A program made the translations under genes and the position numbers. A stretch of DNA of 64,000 nucleotides from Candidatus Daviesbacteria bacterium (GTDB taxonomy: Bacteria > Patescibacteriota > Microgenomatia > Daviesbacterales > UBA10151), in assembly GCA_016187035.1 (NCBI GenBank), contig JACPKL010000001.1:14607-78606 (forward strand), in the 5' to 3' direction. Below, piece after piece: positions 53,253 to 61,796 of this stretch (positions within the stretch are counted from its first letter, which is position 1; each line of letters begins with the position of its first letter). The notes below the pieces were generated by a model. That model worked only from the letters and a program-made list of their open reading frames with translations. It ran no database searches and was not told where the DNA came from.

Positions 53253-54485
53253 TCACTTAACTCCATATGCTAACTCCACCATGATTTTTGCAGTTGAAGT
53301 CATTGGAGTCTCCCTGCCAAATATATGAAAATCAAACCCTTCCTTACGGCCTACTCTTTTTAGCTCCTCAAAAGCTTCCTGATCCCTTGGCCCGCCTCTT
53401 CTTATCACAATTGGGTAAGCAGGCTTTGGTTTAATTTCCCTAAGCCCTTCTACAAAGCCCATTAAAGTTTCATAAATATCAGTAAAATTGGCTGTGCCTC
53501 CCACAAACCAACAACCCTTAAGTCCTGGTTTTCCTAGAACAATTTTAGTTAATTTTTTCAATTTTTCTCTGGGAGGGTTGCCTGAGTGTTCAGTATAATT
53601 AGCCGCCCTTCCTCCAAAAGTTACTAAAGCATCCATGTTAACTATAGACCCTCCACCTCCTGCAGCAATGACTGCAATGTCTCCATCCCGAAGGTCCCAA
53701 TAAACAGAGCCTGCAGTACCTCTGTGATCTCCTTCATCTATTTTTCTGGCTTCAATTTCAGCCTCAGTTGGGGGTCTGCCAAACAAATTTCTTTGGGGAA
53801 ATTTAATTTCCCTTCTAAAGTCTGCATCATCGTCCAAGATAACTTTGGCATCTAAAGCATAGACTCTCTTGTCATTGCGAGGTCCGCCCTGGCGGACCGT
53901 GGCAATCTTTCCATTTGAGATGGAAGATTCCTCGCTTATGCTCGGAATGACAGAAGTGGTAGAAACTACCAAAGGATTTATTTCTGCCAGTTCTAAGTCA
54001 TATTTTGTGAATACCTCCCAAAGCTCTGTAATAGTATCTGTAAATTGGACATAATGTTCAACGATCGTTGAAGGTAACGTCATATTTAGAGGATCAACAG
54101 GAAAACTCTCTGCGCCTTTTTCCTCTACTCCTGTCCCACCTTTGCCAAAAGTTAACACAGGTCCTCTTGTTGCTGTGGAGTATGAGAAAGACAGATAATA
54201 CTCCTTACCAACATCAACCATTTGTTCAACTAAAACCTTCTCCACCTTCTCATTGTTAATTGTCTTTGAAAGTAATTCTTCAATCTTAAATCTTAAATCT
54301 TCCATCTTCTCTACCACCAAAATCCCCCCAGCTTGTGCTCTTTTTCCAGACAAAACTTGAGCTTTCAAAACCAAAGGAAGTTTTAAGGTTACTTCCTGAT
54401 CTGCAGATTCTAAGAGTTGTGACTGGGGAACATTAATCCCACAACTTTTAAAAAGTTGTTTGCCTTCAAATTCGAAGAGTTGCAT
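53253..54485 (-). CDS. Succinyl-CoA synthetase beta-subunit / ATP-citrate-lyase beta-like ATP-grasp protein
   Basis: N-terminal ATP-grasp (MQLFEFEGKQLFKSCGI). C-terminal ligase-CoA-like IAAGGGGSIVNMDALVTFGGRAANYTEHSGNP. Carries an 81-bp family-A element in-frame between the halves. Confidence 0.75.
   Translation of the reverse strand: MQLFEFEGKQLFKSCGINVPQSQLLESADQEVTLKLPLVLKAQVLSGKRAQAGGILVVEKMEDLRFKIEELLSKTINNEKVEKVLVEQMVDVGKEYYLSFSYSTATRGPVLTFGKGGTGVEEKGAESFPVDPLNMTLPSTIVEHYVQFTDTITELWEVFTKYDLELAEINPLVVSTTSVIPSISEESSISNGKIATVRQGGPRNDKRVYALDAKVILDDDADFRREIKFPQRNLFGRPPTEAEIEARKIDEGDHRGTAGSVYWDLRDGDIAVIAAGGGGSIVNMDALVTFGGRAANYTEHSGNPPREKLKKLTKIVLGKPGLKGCWFVGGTANFTDIYETLMGFVEGLREIKPKPAYPIVIRRGGPRDQEAFEELKRVGRKEGFDFHIFGRETPMTSTAKIMVELAYGVK
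53871..53951. repeat. Palindromic element family A, 81 bp, in-frame in the SucC-like gene
   Basis: GTCATTGCGAG-GTCCGCCCTGGCGGAC-CGTGGCAATCTTTCCATTTGAGATGGAAGATTCCTC-GCTTATG-CTCGGAATGAC. Translated as SVIPSISEESSISNGKIATVRQGGPRNDK. Confidence 0.9.
54285..54301. repeat. Heptamer tract CTTAAAT x2.4 (in the SucC-like gene)
   Basis: See 4229-4259. Confidence 0.8.
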
Positions 54486-54488
54486 AGC

Positions 54489-55781
54489 TTAAAGTTTTTT
54501 TCTGAACTGATCGTAGCTGGTTAAAGAAGGAGTACGCTTGGATACCTGATACTGCTGTTTAACTAAAATCCTGGTGTTGTCTTTGACATCTTCATGCAAA
54601 ACCACCCCTGGGCCAATCAGGCAGTTTACTCCAATCCTGACTCCAGGCATGATTGATGCATTTACTCCTACTCTTGAGCCTTTACCAGCTACTGTCCCCA
54701 GTTTGGTTCTGCCTGTATCAATTTTTTCATCCCCTATTCTAATTGTAGCATCATCCAGCCTGAGATTAGCTAAAACTGCACCAGATCCCATCCCAAAATC
54801 CCCTTCTATTACAGAGTCTCCTACATAATTGGTATGAAACCAGCTGTTTCTGCCTATATATGAGCGGGTGATATCGCAGTTAAAACCTGTTACCACCCCT
54901 TCTTCTAAAATAGATTCCCTGATCATAGTGTTGTTACCAACAATGACATTCTTGCCAATGTAACAAGGGCCTTTAATGACAGCCCCTTCAAACACTTTTG
55001 CTCCCTCTTCTATCTTCACATTACCCTCTATAATTGCTTTATCAGACACTTTTGACCCCGGGGAAATATTTTGTTCAAGTGTGGATAAAAAGTAAGCCCC
55101 TGTTTCTAAAATCTGCCAGGGATATTTTAAAGGAATCCACACTCCGTTATATCTAATAAACCTGACATCACAACTATCACAAATCTTAGCTAAAGCTACT
55201 TCATAAACATCATCTTTTTCACTTGAAGCTTCTTCTAGATATGAAACCAGCTTTCCACCATCTCTAAAATAATCTACTACTAGTTTAACTAAATCAGACG
55301 GTTCATTACCCTTGCCAGGTTTTTCCACTATACCCTGTATCCTATCCCTTTTAACCTCTAAATATCCTCCCGGAAAATAACTTTTAACCTGCAAACCTGA
55401 CAAAACCACATCAGATTGAGTATCTGAAGCTGTAGTCAAAACATCCTGATAAACTCTTTCTTCCAAAACATCCTCAGCATTAATAACCAAAATCTCACCG
55501 TTTATATCCTCTTTTGCAGATAAAAGCGCATCTGCCATACCTTTAGGTTCTTCTTGGATAGCTATTTTGTGCTTTATGCCTAGGCTTGAGGCTATTTGAG
55601 AAACCTGATCCCTTGAGGCTTCTTTGGTAACTATAATTACTTCATCAAAGTTTATTCCATCAGCTATTCTTTTCAGAGTATAAGAGATCAAAGGCTGGCC
55701 TAAAAAGGGAATCAGATACTTATCAGTCTGAATAGGCCACATTCTTTTGCCTTCCCCCCCGGCTAGAATTATTATTTTCAT
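54489..55781 (-). CDS. Sugar-phosphate nucleotidyltransferase fused to a left-handed beta-helix domain (GlmU-like architecture)
   Basis: MKIIILAGGEGKRMWP (NTP-transferase G-loop). The C-terminal half has hexapeptide-repeat periodicity (IGKNVIVGNNTMI..). Confidence 0.75.
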   Translation of the reverse strand: MKIIILAGGEGKRMWPIQTDKYLIPFLGQPLISYTLKRIADGINFDEVIIVTKEASRDQVSQIASSLGIKHKIAIQEEPKGMADALLSAKEDINGEILVINAEDVLEERVYQDVLTTASDTQSDVVLSGLQVKSYFPGGYLEVKRDRIQGIVEKPGKGNEPSDLVKLVVDYFRDGGKLVSYLEEASSEKDDVYEVALAKICDSCDVRFIRYNGVWIPLKYPWQILETGAYFLSTLEQNISPGSKVSDKAIIEGNVKIEEGAKVFEGAVIKGPCYIGKNVIVGNNTMIRESILEEGVVTGFNCDITRSYIGRNSWFHTNYVGDSVIEGDFGMGSGAVLANLRLDDATIRIGDEKIDTGRTKLGTVAGKGSRVGVNASIMPGVRIGVNCLIGPGVVLHEDVKDNTRILVKQQYQVSKRTPSLTSYDQFRKKL

Positions 55782-55851
55782 AAAATTAATATACTACTTT
55801 AATTATGATAAACTATTTTACACTAAACAGAAAGGTTGATAGACTTAAATT

Positions 55852-56511
55852 ATGAAAGTTAAGAAAATTAAAAAGAATTATCTTATGCTAATAGGATTAG
55901 TGCTCGTACTTTTTATAATATTTTTTTACTCTACAAAGTCCACAACTCTCTTGCAAGAAATTAGTATTGAACCAGCTTTTCCTTTCAAAACACTCCCACC
56001 AAATACATACAATACAGATAGTTTTTCCTGTAATTCTAATGAGGATTGTGAAATAAATATCTGTCAGTGTACGGCTATGAATAAGAAATACATTAGCCCC
56101 GAAGATAGGTTATGCACAAGGGTATGTGAAGGAATAACTCAATGTATAAACAACAAATGTAAGTTCAAAGAAGATAAATCAGCAAATTGTTATTATTCAA
56201 GAATAATTTGTGTCATGGGTCCATGTAATCCTAAACGGGTTTGTAGTAGTAAAAATCACAGTTTAATAATGGCTGTAGTTAATGATTTATCAAAAAGGCT
56301 AAGGGTGGATAGGAATACAATTATTGTTAACAAAGTGACTGAAGTTATGTGGAGCGATGGTAGTTTAGGTTGCCCAGAACCTGGCAAAATGTATACACAG
56401 GCGACTATTGGTGGCTACAAGATAAGTCTATCTCAGGAAGATAAAACTTATCTTTACCACACTGGACCCCAAGAAAGGTTTATTCTTTGTGAAAATCCAG
56501 AAAAAGATTAG
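55852..56511 (+). CDS. Secreted cysteine-rich hypothetical protein
   Basis: N-terminal TM/signal segment, then a Cys-rich module (CNSNEDCEINICQC..C..C..C..C). Confidence 0.45.
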   Translation: MKVKKIKKNYLMLIGLVLVLFIIFFYSTKSTTLLQEISIEPAFPFKTLPPNTYNTDSFSCNSNEDCEINICQCTAMNKKYISPEDRLCTRVCEGITQCINNKCKFKEDKSANCYYSRIICVMGPCNPKRVCSSKNHSLIMAVVNDLSKRLRVDRNTIIVNKVTEVMWSDGSLGCPEPGKMYTQATIGGYKISLSQEDKTYLYHTGPQERFILCENPEKD

Positions 56512-56559
56512 TCCGATATATCAATCCATTCAGCACTTTGGCGAAGAGGGTGCCCCGTA

Positions 56560-56634
56560 TGGTGGCAGCGACAGGGATCGAACCTGTGACCTAGCGGTTA
56601 TGAGTCGCTCGCTCCGCCACTGAGCTACGCTGCC
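56560..56634 (-). tRNA. tRNA with anticodon CAU; G1-C72 paired, so elongator Met (or Ile2 if lysidine-modified); CCA encoded
   Basis: Own fold of the reverse complement: GGCAGCG-TA-GCTC-AGTGGCG-GAGC-G-AGCGA-CTCATAA-CCGCT-AGGTC-ACAGG-TTCGATC-CCTGT-CGCTGCC-ACCA. Confidence 0.85.
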
Positions 56635-56695
56635 ATACCATTATTATACCAAAGCTGGTCTTGACTCACCCTAAAATTGGGTTTACTGTTAAATT

Positions 56696-58069
56696 ATGAA
56701 TGATTCAGAAAAATTTATAGAAAAAATGGCTGGGGCTCCAGCTTATGTTCTGGATAAAACTTTGGATACCTCAAGGCAGATAGGTGAAACAATCATTACC
56801 AAAAAACAGATAGGCCATGCCAGGAATTACTGGAAATCATTAGGACCAGGGGTTATCACCGGCGCTGCTGATGACGACCCTTCCGGGATCACCACCTATT
56901 CTCAGGCTGGAGCAATGTATGGTTTTAATCTGCTTTGGCTGTCTGCTTTCACCTTTCCTTTAATGGCTATTGTGCAGGAAATGTGTGCCAGAATTGGCCT
57001 GGTAACCGGCAGGGGTCTAGCTGCCAATATCAGGCAGTATTTTCCTAAGTGGGTGCTATATCTGGCCACATTTTTGCTATTTTTTGCCAATTCTTTAAAC
57101 ATTGGAGCAGATTTGGGTGCTATGGCTAAAGCAACTCAACTGATTTTCCCTAAATTGACCTTTACTTCCCTTCTTTTAACTTTTACCACCCTTTCTTTGG
57201 CCCTGCAGATCTTTACCACTTATGAAAAGTATGCTAAATACCTAAAATGGCTGGCTTTGGTATTATTATCTTATGTTTTCTCTGCTTTAACTTTAAATTT
57301 AAATTGGGGGATGATTTTACAAAAAGCTGTGGTGCCTGCCATTACTTTTTCCCGCGATCAGATCTTTTTAATTACAGCTGTTTTAGGCACTACTATTTCA
57401 CCTTATTTATTTTTTTGGCAAACCTCACAAGAAGTTGAAGAACAGATCTTAGGCGGCAAAACTACCCTTAAATTGCGCCGGGAAGAAACTACACCTTTAG
57501 AGATTGGAAACATGAGAACAGATGTCTGGTCTGGCATGTTTTTGTCAAACTTGGTAATGTTTTTTATCATTGCAGCCTGTGCTGCCACACTTTTCACTGC
57601 CGGTATTACAATTACTACTGCCTCTGATGCTGCCCAAGCCTTAAGGCCTATTGCCGGTGAGCAGATTTATCTGCTTTTTGCTTTAGGAATTATTGGAACC
57701 GGGATGTTGGCTGTGCCAATTTTGGCTGGATCTGCCTCTTATGCTTTATCTGAAAGTTTTGGCTGGAAATTGGGATTATATAGAAAGCTGAAAGAGGCTA
57801 ATGCTTTTTATGGAGTGATTATTATTTCAACCGGTATCGGATTAGCTATTAATCTGTTAGGTTTTGATCCTATTAAGGCTTTAATTTATTCAGCTGTGGT
57901 CAATGGGTTAATTGCTCCAGTGGTATTAGTTTTAATAGTATTAATGAGTGGTAATCAAAATATTATGGGCAGATGGACCAATGGCGCTCTCACTACCCTA
58001 CTTGGATGGTTTATTACCCTACTGATGGCTGCAGCAGGCCTAGCCACTATCTTCTATTTATTTGTCTAA
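56696..58069 (+). CDS. NRAMP-family divalent metal cation transporter
   Basis: 457 aa with ~11 TM helices. GPGVITGAADDDPSGITTYSQAGA resembles the NRAMP DPGN-region. Confidence 0.75.
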   Translation: MNDSEKFIEKMAGAPAYVLDKTLDTSRQIGETIITKKQIGHARNYWKSLGPGVITGAADDDPSGITTYSQAGAMYGFNLLWLSAFTFPLMAIVQEMCARIGLVTGRGLAANIRQYFPKWVLYLATFLLFFANSLNIGADLGAMAKATQLIFPKLTFTSLLLTFTTLSLALQIFTTYEKYAKYLKWLALVLLSYVFSALTLNLNWGMILQKAVVPAITFSRDQIFLITAVLGTTISPYLFFWQTSQEVEEQILGGKTTLKLRREETTPLEIGNMRTDVWSGMFLSNLVMFFIIAACAATLFTAGITITTASDAAQALRPIAGEQIYLLFALGIIGTGMLAVPILAGSASYALSESFGWKLGLYRKLKEANAFYGVIIISTGIGLAINLLGFDPIKALIYSAVVNGLIAPVVLVLIVLMSGNQNIMGRWTNGALTTLLGWFITLLMAAAGLATIFYLFV

Positions 58070-58122
58070 ACATTGACTTATTAACTTCTCAAAGCTAAAA
58101 TATGCATTGTTCTTTTAAATAT

Positions 58123-58194
58123 CGCGGGGAAGTGTAACGGCTGCACACAAGGCTCATAATCTTGAGGCAGTGGGTTCGACTCCCGCCCCCGCAA
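58123..58194 (+). tRNA. tRNA with anticodon CAU and a C1xA72 mismatch: probable initiator tRNA-fMet with atypical D-arm and anticodon stem
   Basis: CGCGGGG..GTGT-AACGGCTGC-ACAC..CAAGG-CTCATAA-TCTTG-AGGCA-GTGGG-TTCGACT-CCCGC-CCCCGCA-A. No encoded CCA. Lacks the three consecutive G-C pairs usual in initiator anticodon stems. About 1 nt short of canonical length. Confidence 0.65.
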
Positions 58195-58440
58195 CCTTTT
58201 TTAATCTTAAATTTCTTCATTCTGTTGGGGCATTAAACAAAATTAAAAAATGATAAAAAAAGTTGGTTATAATGTTGACCATAGGCAGTTTGATAAAGAT
58301 AGTTTCATGTTGCCCATTCTACTTTTTAGAAGTAAAGATAAATTGCCTTTTTGTGTAAGAAAATAGTAATAGATGAGTGTTTTATATTGAAATTAGAGAT
58401 AAGAATCTGTTAAAGTTTGTAAGAAGTTTACGAAAGTCTT

Positions 58441-59112
58441 ATGATTTATAAGATATTGATTGCAGAAGACGACATAGGGATACAGAAATACTTAAAAGAA
58501 CTTCTTTTAGATAACCAATACTCAGTGCAGGTGGTGTATGATGGTATTTCTGCTTTAAACAGCATTGCTAAATTACCCCCTGATCTAATTATATTAGATC
58601 TAGGGCTGCCAAATATGAGCGGGGAATCAGTTTGCCAGGAAGTCAGGAAAAAGTACCCCCATCTTCCCATAATTATCTTAACAGCCAAAGACAGTGTTTC
58701 AGATATAGTCCAGGGATTAAATTTAGGAGCAGATGATTATATTACCAAACCCTTTGTGGCTGAGGAGCTGCTGGCCAGGATTAAAGCCAGATTACGTTCT
58801 AACGGTGAGGCTGAGACTAAACTTAAGGTAGGTAATTTGGAACTTGATGATAAAACTCTGGAAGTTAAAAGGGGTGGAAAACCAATTCAACTTACTCCCC
58901 AAGAGTTTAAGCTGTTAGAGTATTTGATGAGAAATAAAGGCAGGATTTTAACAAGAGAGATGATTTTGAATAGAGTTTGGTTATATTCCCAGGATATAGA
59001 AACCAGAGTAGTGGACGTGTATATGGGATATCTAAGAAAAAAGATTGATGGGGAGAGTAAAAAGAAACTGCTTAACTCAGTCAGGGGTTTTGGTTATATG
59101 ATTAAGGAGTAA
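58441..59112 (+). CDS. OmpR/PhoB-family response regulator
   Basis: Receiver domain (DDIG.., phospho-acceptor context IILDLGLP, TAKD), plus a winged-helix output domain (LTPQEFKLLEYLM, RGFGY). Confidence 0.9.
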   Translation: MIYKILIAEDDIGIQKYLKELLLDNQYSVQVVYDGISALNSIAKLPPDLIILDLGLPNMSGESVCQEVRKKYPHLPIIILTAKDSVSDIVQGLNLGADDYITKPFVAEELLARIKARLRSNGEAETKLKVGNLELDDKTLEVKRGGKPIQLTPQEFKLLEYLMRNKGRILTREMILNRVWLYSQDIETRVVDVYMGYLRKKIDGESKKKLLNSVRGFGYMIKE

Positions 59113-59118
59113 TTAAGT

Positions 59119-60240
59119 TTATTGAGCTAGAGTTAGGAATTTATCTGGTTGGTGATCATGTAAATTATAAATATAACTTCTTCTTCTAAATTCTTCAATC
59201 TGTCTTGGCGAGGCTGGTAGTCCGGGTCTTGAGTTCTCACAAACCAGTACTTGTTCAGGAGGTACATTAAAATTTTCAGGTCCTAACAGCCAAGGAATAC
59301 CAAATGATCTCCAAATAAACAGTCTAGCTGCGTCTATACTAACTAGATCAAGTTCCTGGCTTAGATCAGGCAATTCATCCCCAGAAGCAGTAGAATAATC
59401 CCTAATAAATTCCTCAAGTTCCATATTACCAATTTCTGTTGCCAAAACATTTCCACCAGGTCTTTCCGGAGTTCTACTATCGATAGCACGGCTTTCCAGG
59501 TTTCTTTTGTATTGACCCGGCAATGCTGTCATGGCAGTAACCCATAATTTACTTCTTGAATTTGCAAAGACACCTTGATGTGTACTTAAATCGCAAACAG
59601 CGCTCGTACCCCGATCTTTACCGGTTATTTTTGTTCTGCCCCATCTATCAGTCATCCTATATCCTCCTATACAGGGAATCTCTGCAAATACAAAGTTATA
59701 ATCAACTCCAGCCATATATAAGGCATTTGTCAGAATACGTGTGCCGCCTAAAAAATCTCTTTCATCCCAAAGTTTTGAAAGATCTGCTGGATTAGAGGAG
59801 TGTTTGGGACTCACAAAAAACGATCCATCTGCTCTTGGCAGTCTTTGTCCGGCCCACAATGCATCTTGAATAGTCACAATCGTGCTTTGTATCTTCTTTG
59901 CTTCTTTGCCAACTGCCTCTACATGTTCATCAAAATCATCAATTCCTTGGGCAAAGGTTAAGGTTTTCCCGGTTCCCTGCGGCCCTATTATCACACAGTA
60001 CTGTGTATCCCCTGTTTCTAGGAGAGATCTCACAGCATGATCATTCATTTCCCGGGGAGAAGTTAGTCCACCATATGAGCTTGTTAATATAGTTAAATGT
60101 CCGAATCGAAAAGTTGAGGTAAGATAAGCTGTGGCAGCAACATCACCGGCAATATCTGGTTCTGACTCAGGATGACGCTCGACCCAGCTTCTAATTAGAG
60201 CTATTCGTTCTCCAGAGGTCAATCCCTGTTGTTCAGTCAT
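59119..60240 (-). CDS. P-loop NTPase of unknown family, translationally coupled to the upstream histidine kinase
   Basis: Walker A VIIGPQGTGKT and a possible Walker B NFVFAEIP. K-poor, R/G/P-rich composition. ATGA overlap with the HK stop (60237-60240). Confidence 0.5.
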   Translation of the reverse strand: MTEQQGLTSGERIALIRSWVERHPESEPDIAGDVAATAYLTSTFRFGHLTILTSSYGGLTSPREMNDHAVRSLLETGDTQYCVIIGPQGTGKTLTFAQGIDDFDEHVEAVGKEAKKIQSTIVTIQDALWAGQRLPRADGSFFVSPKHSSNPADLSKLWDERDFLGGTRILTNALYMAGVDYNFVFAEIPCIGGYRMTDRWGRTKITGKDRGTSAVCDLSTHQGVFANSRSKLWVTAMTALPGQYKRNLESRAIDSRTPERPGGNVLATEIGNMELEEFIRDYSTASGDELPDLSQELDLVSIDAARLFIWRSFGIPWLLGPENFNVPPEQVLVCENSRPGLPASPRQIEEFRRRSYIYNLHDHQPDKFLTLAQ

Positions 60241-61424
60241 ATATATGAGGGCAGTATTATTTTAACAGTTGTACCAATATTCATTTTTGATTTAATATCG
60301 ATCTTACCGCGGTGCTTTCGAACAATTTCTTTGACCAGAAATAACCCCAGACCCATCCCTTCCCGGTCATGACCTCTGCCACGATAGAACTTATCAAATA
60401 GTTTATTTAGATCTTCTCGGGAAATTCCTTGGCCAAAGTCTTTGATAGTGATGTGTATTTTTTTGCCAATTTTTTTGGCTTTCAGGATGATTTTTGATTT
60501 TTGAGGGGAAAATTTAACAGCGTTATCTAAAATATTAGTCAGCATCCGCAATAGCTTATCCTTATCTCCAAAAATTATATCTTCCTTTAAAGAAAGCTTG
60601 ACCTCGGTTTCCAGCTCTCTGTCTGTATGAATAATCTTAAAATCTTTCTCTGCCTCACAAAGTAATTTCTTAAGGTGTAGTCTTTCAAAATCAATGAAAA
60701 AAGGTTCCCTGGTTGTTCCCACCTGAAGTAATTCCTGAATTAATTTTATTAAACGGGTTGTTTCAGCAGTAATTGAATCAACCCAATCCTTTTTCGGCAG
60801 TCTATTTACATCCGTGTATTGTCTTATCAGTTGGAGATATCCATAAATAGAAGTTACAGGGGTTTTAAGTTCGTGAGAAGCCATCTCCATAAATAACTCC
60901 CGAGCTTCCAGCGCAGACTTGGTTTCCATATAACTTTCCCCTTTATTGATTGCCAAACATGCTAAAGAGCCATATAGTTTCAGCATGCCTAATTGATCTT
61001 TGGATAGTTGTTCTTGCTGTTTTGATAGTATATTTAATACACCGATCGATTTCTGTCTATAAGTTAAAGGAATAAATATAATAGATTTGATATTAAGCTT
61101 ATATATCTTGGCATTTATATCTGCTTTGGTTTCTATTCTAGTAATTACAGGTTGTCTGGATTTGAAAGCCTGATATGCTCTACCTCTTTGTCTGACAGCG
61201 GCAGCAGCTATAATTTCATGATTTGAGTAAATGCGCTTTAATTCCCCTTTACGGTATAACAAAATGGTTCCATAATCTGCAGCTAGTAATCTTAAAGCTT
61301 CCCAAACTATAGCCTGATAGATTTCATCAGGAGTATTTAGAGCTAAAAATCTCAGGGCAGCCTGATCAATCTCCAGTAAGAATTTTCTCAGGGTTATTGA
61401 TGGATTAGTACTATTTTTTTTCAT
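60237..61424 (-). CDS. Cytoplasmic sensor histidine kinase (GAF-like N-domain, HisKA, HATPase_c)
   Basis: H-box SHELKTPVTSIYGY, N-box NILDNAVKF, G-boxes DFGQGI and GLGLFL. No TM segment. Confidence 0.85.
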   Translation of the reverse strand: MKKNSTNPSITLRKFLLEIDQAALRFLALNTPDEIYQAIVWEALRLLAADYGTILLYRKGELKRIYSNHEIIAAAAVRQRGRAYQAFKSRQPVITRIETKADINAKIYKLNIKSIIFIPLTYRQKSIGVLNILSKQQEQLSKDQLGMLKLYGSLACLAINKGESYMETKSALEARELFMEMASHELKTPVTSIYGYLQLIRQYTDVNRLPKKDWVDSITAETTRLIKLIQELLQVGTTREPFFIDFERLHLKKLLCEAEKDFKIIHTDRELETEVKLSLKEDIIFGDKDKLLRMLTNILDNAVKFSPQKSKIILKAKKIGKKIHITIKDFGQGISREDLNKLFDKFYRGRGHDREGMGLGLFLVKEIVRKHRGKIDIKSKMNIGTTVKIILPSYI

Positions 61425-61430
61425 GGTTAT

Positions 61431-61775
61431 TTAGAAAAAGACCTTCCACCAGCCTAACCAATTGGGTAATTTAATTTGAGCTGATTGACTAACCCCCATC
61501 ACCTGTTTTAACCTTTCTTGGGGAATAACCACAATAGTTTCTCCTATCTTAGAAAGTCCAAGTTTATTTCTGGCCTCTTTCTCAATAAATCCTTCTGATT
61601 GAATCTGGGCAAGTTTCTTTTTCAGCTCTCTATTTTTAGCTTCTAATTTATAAACTTTTTCAGCAGCTTGAGATAATCTTTCTCCAGATTTAACAGCATC
61701 CATAATTTGAATCACTAGGTTATATGTAATGATTGAAATAATTATGATTGCTACAGCCAAGATGATTTTTTTCAT
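61431..61775 (-). CDS. Septum formation initiator family protein (FtsB/DivIC-like)
   Basis: Single N-terminal TM helix, a coiled coil (KLEAKNRELKKKLAQIQSE) and IEKEARNKLGLSKIGETIVVIP. Confidence 0.7.
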   Translation of the reverse strand: MKKIILAVAIIIISIITYNLVIQIMDAVKSGERLSQAAEKVYKLEAKNRELKKKLAQIQSEGFIEKEARNKLGLSKIGETIVVIPQERLKQVMGVSQSAQIKLPNWLGWWKVFF

Positions 61776-61796
61776 GTTCTTCCAGTATTGACAAAG

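Noticed and set aside
58350-58435. Direct repeats TGTAAGAA upstream of the response-regulator gene as OmpR-type binding sites.
   Set aside because: There are only two 8-mers about 60 nt apart in very AT-rich DNA. The spacing does not fit helical-turn tandem sites, so this is indistinguishable from chance.
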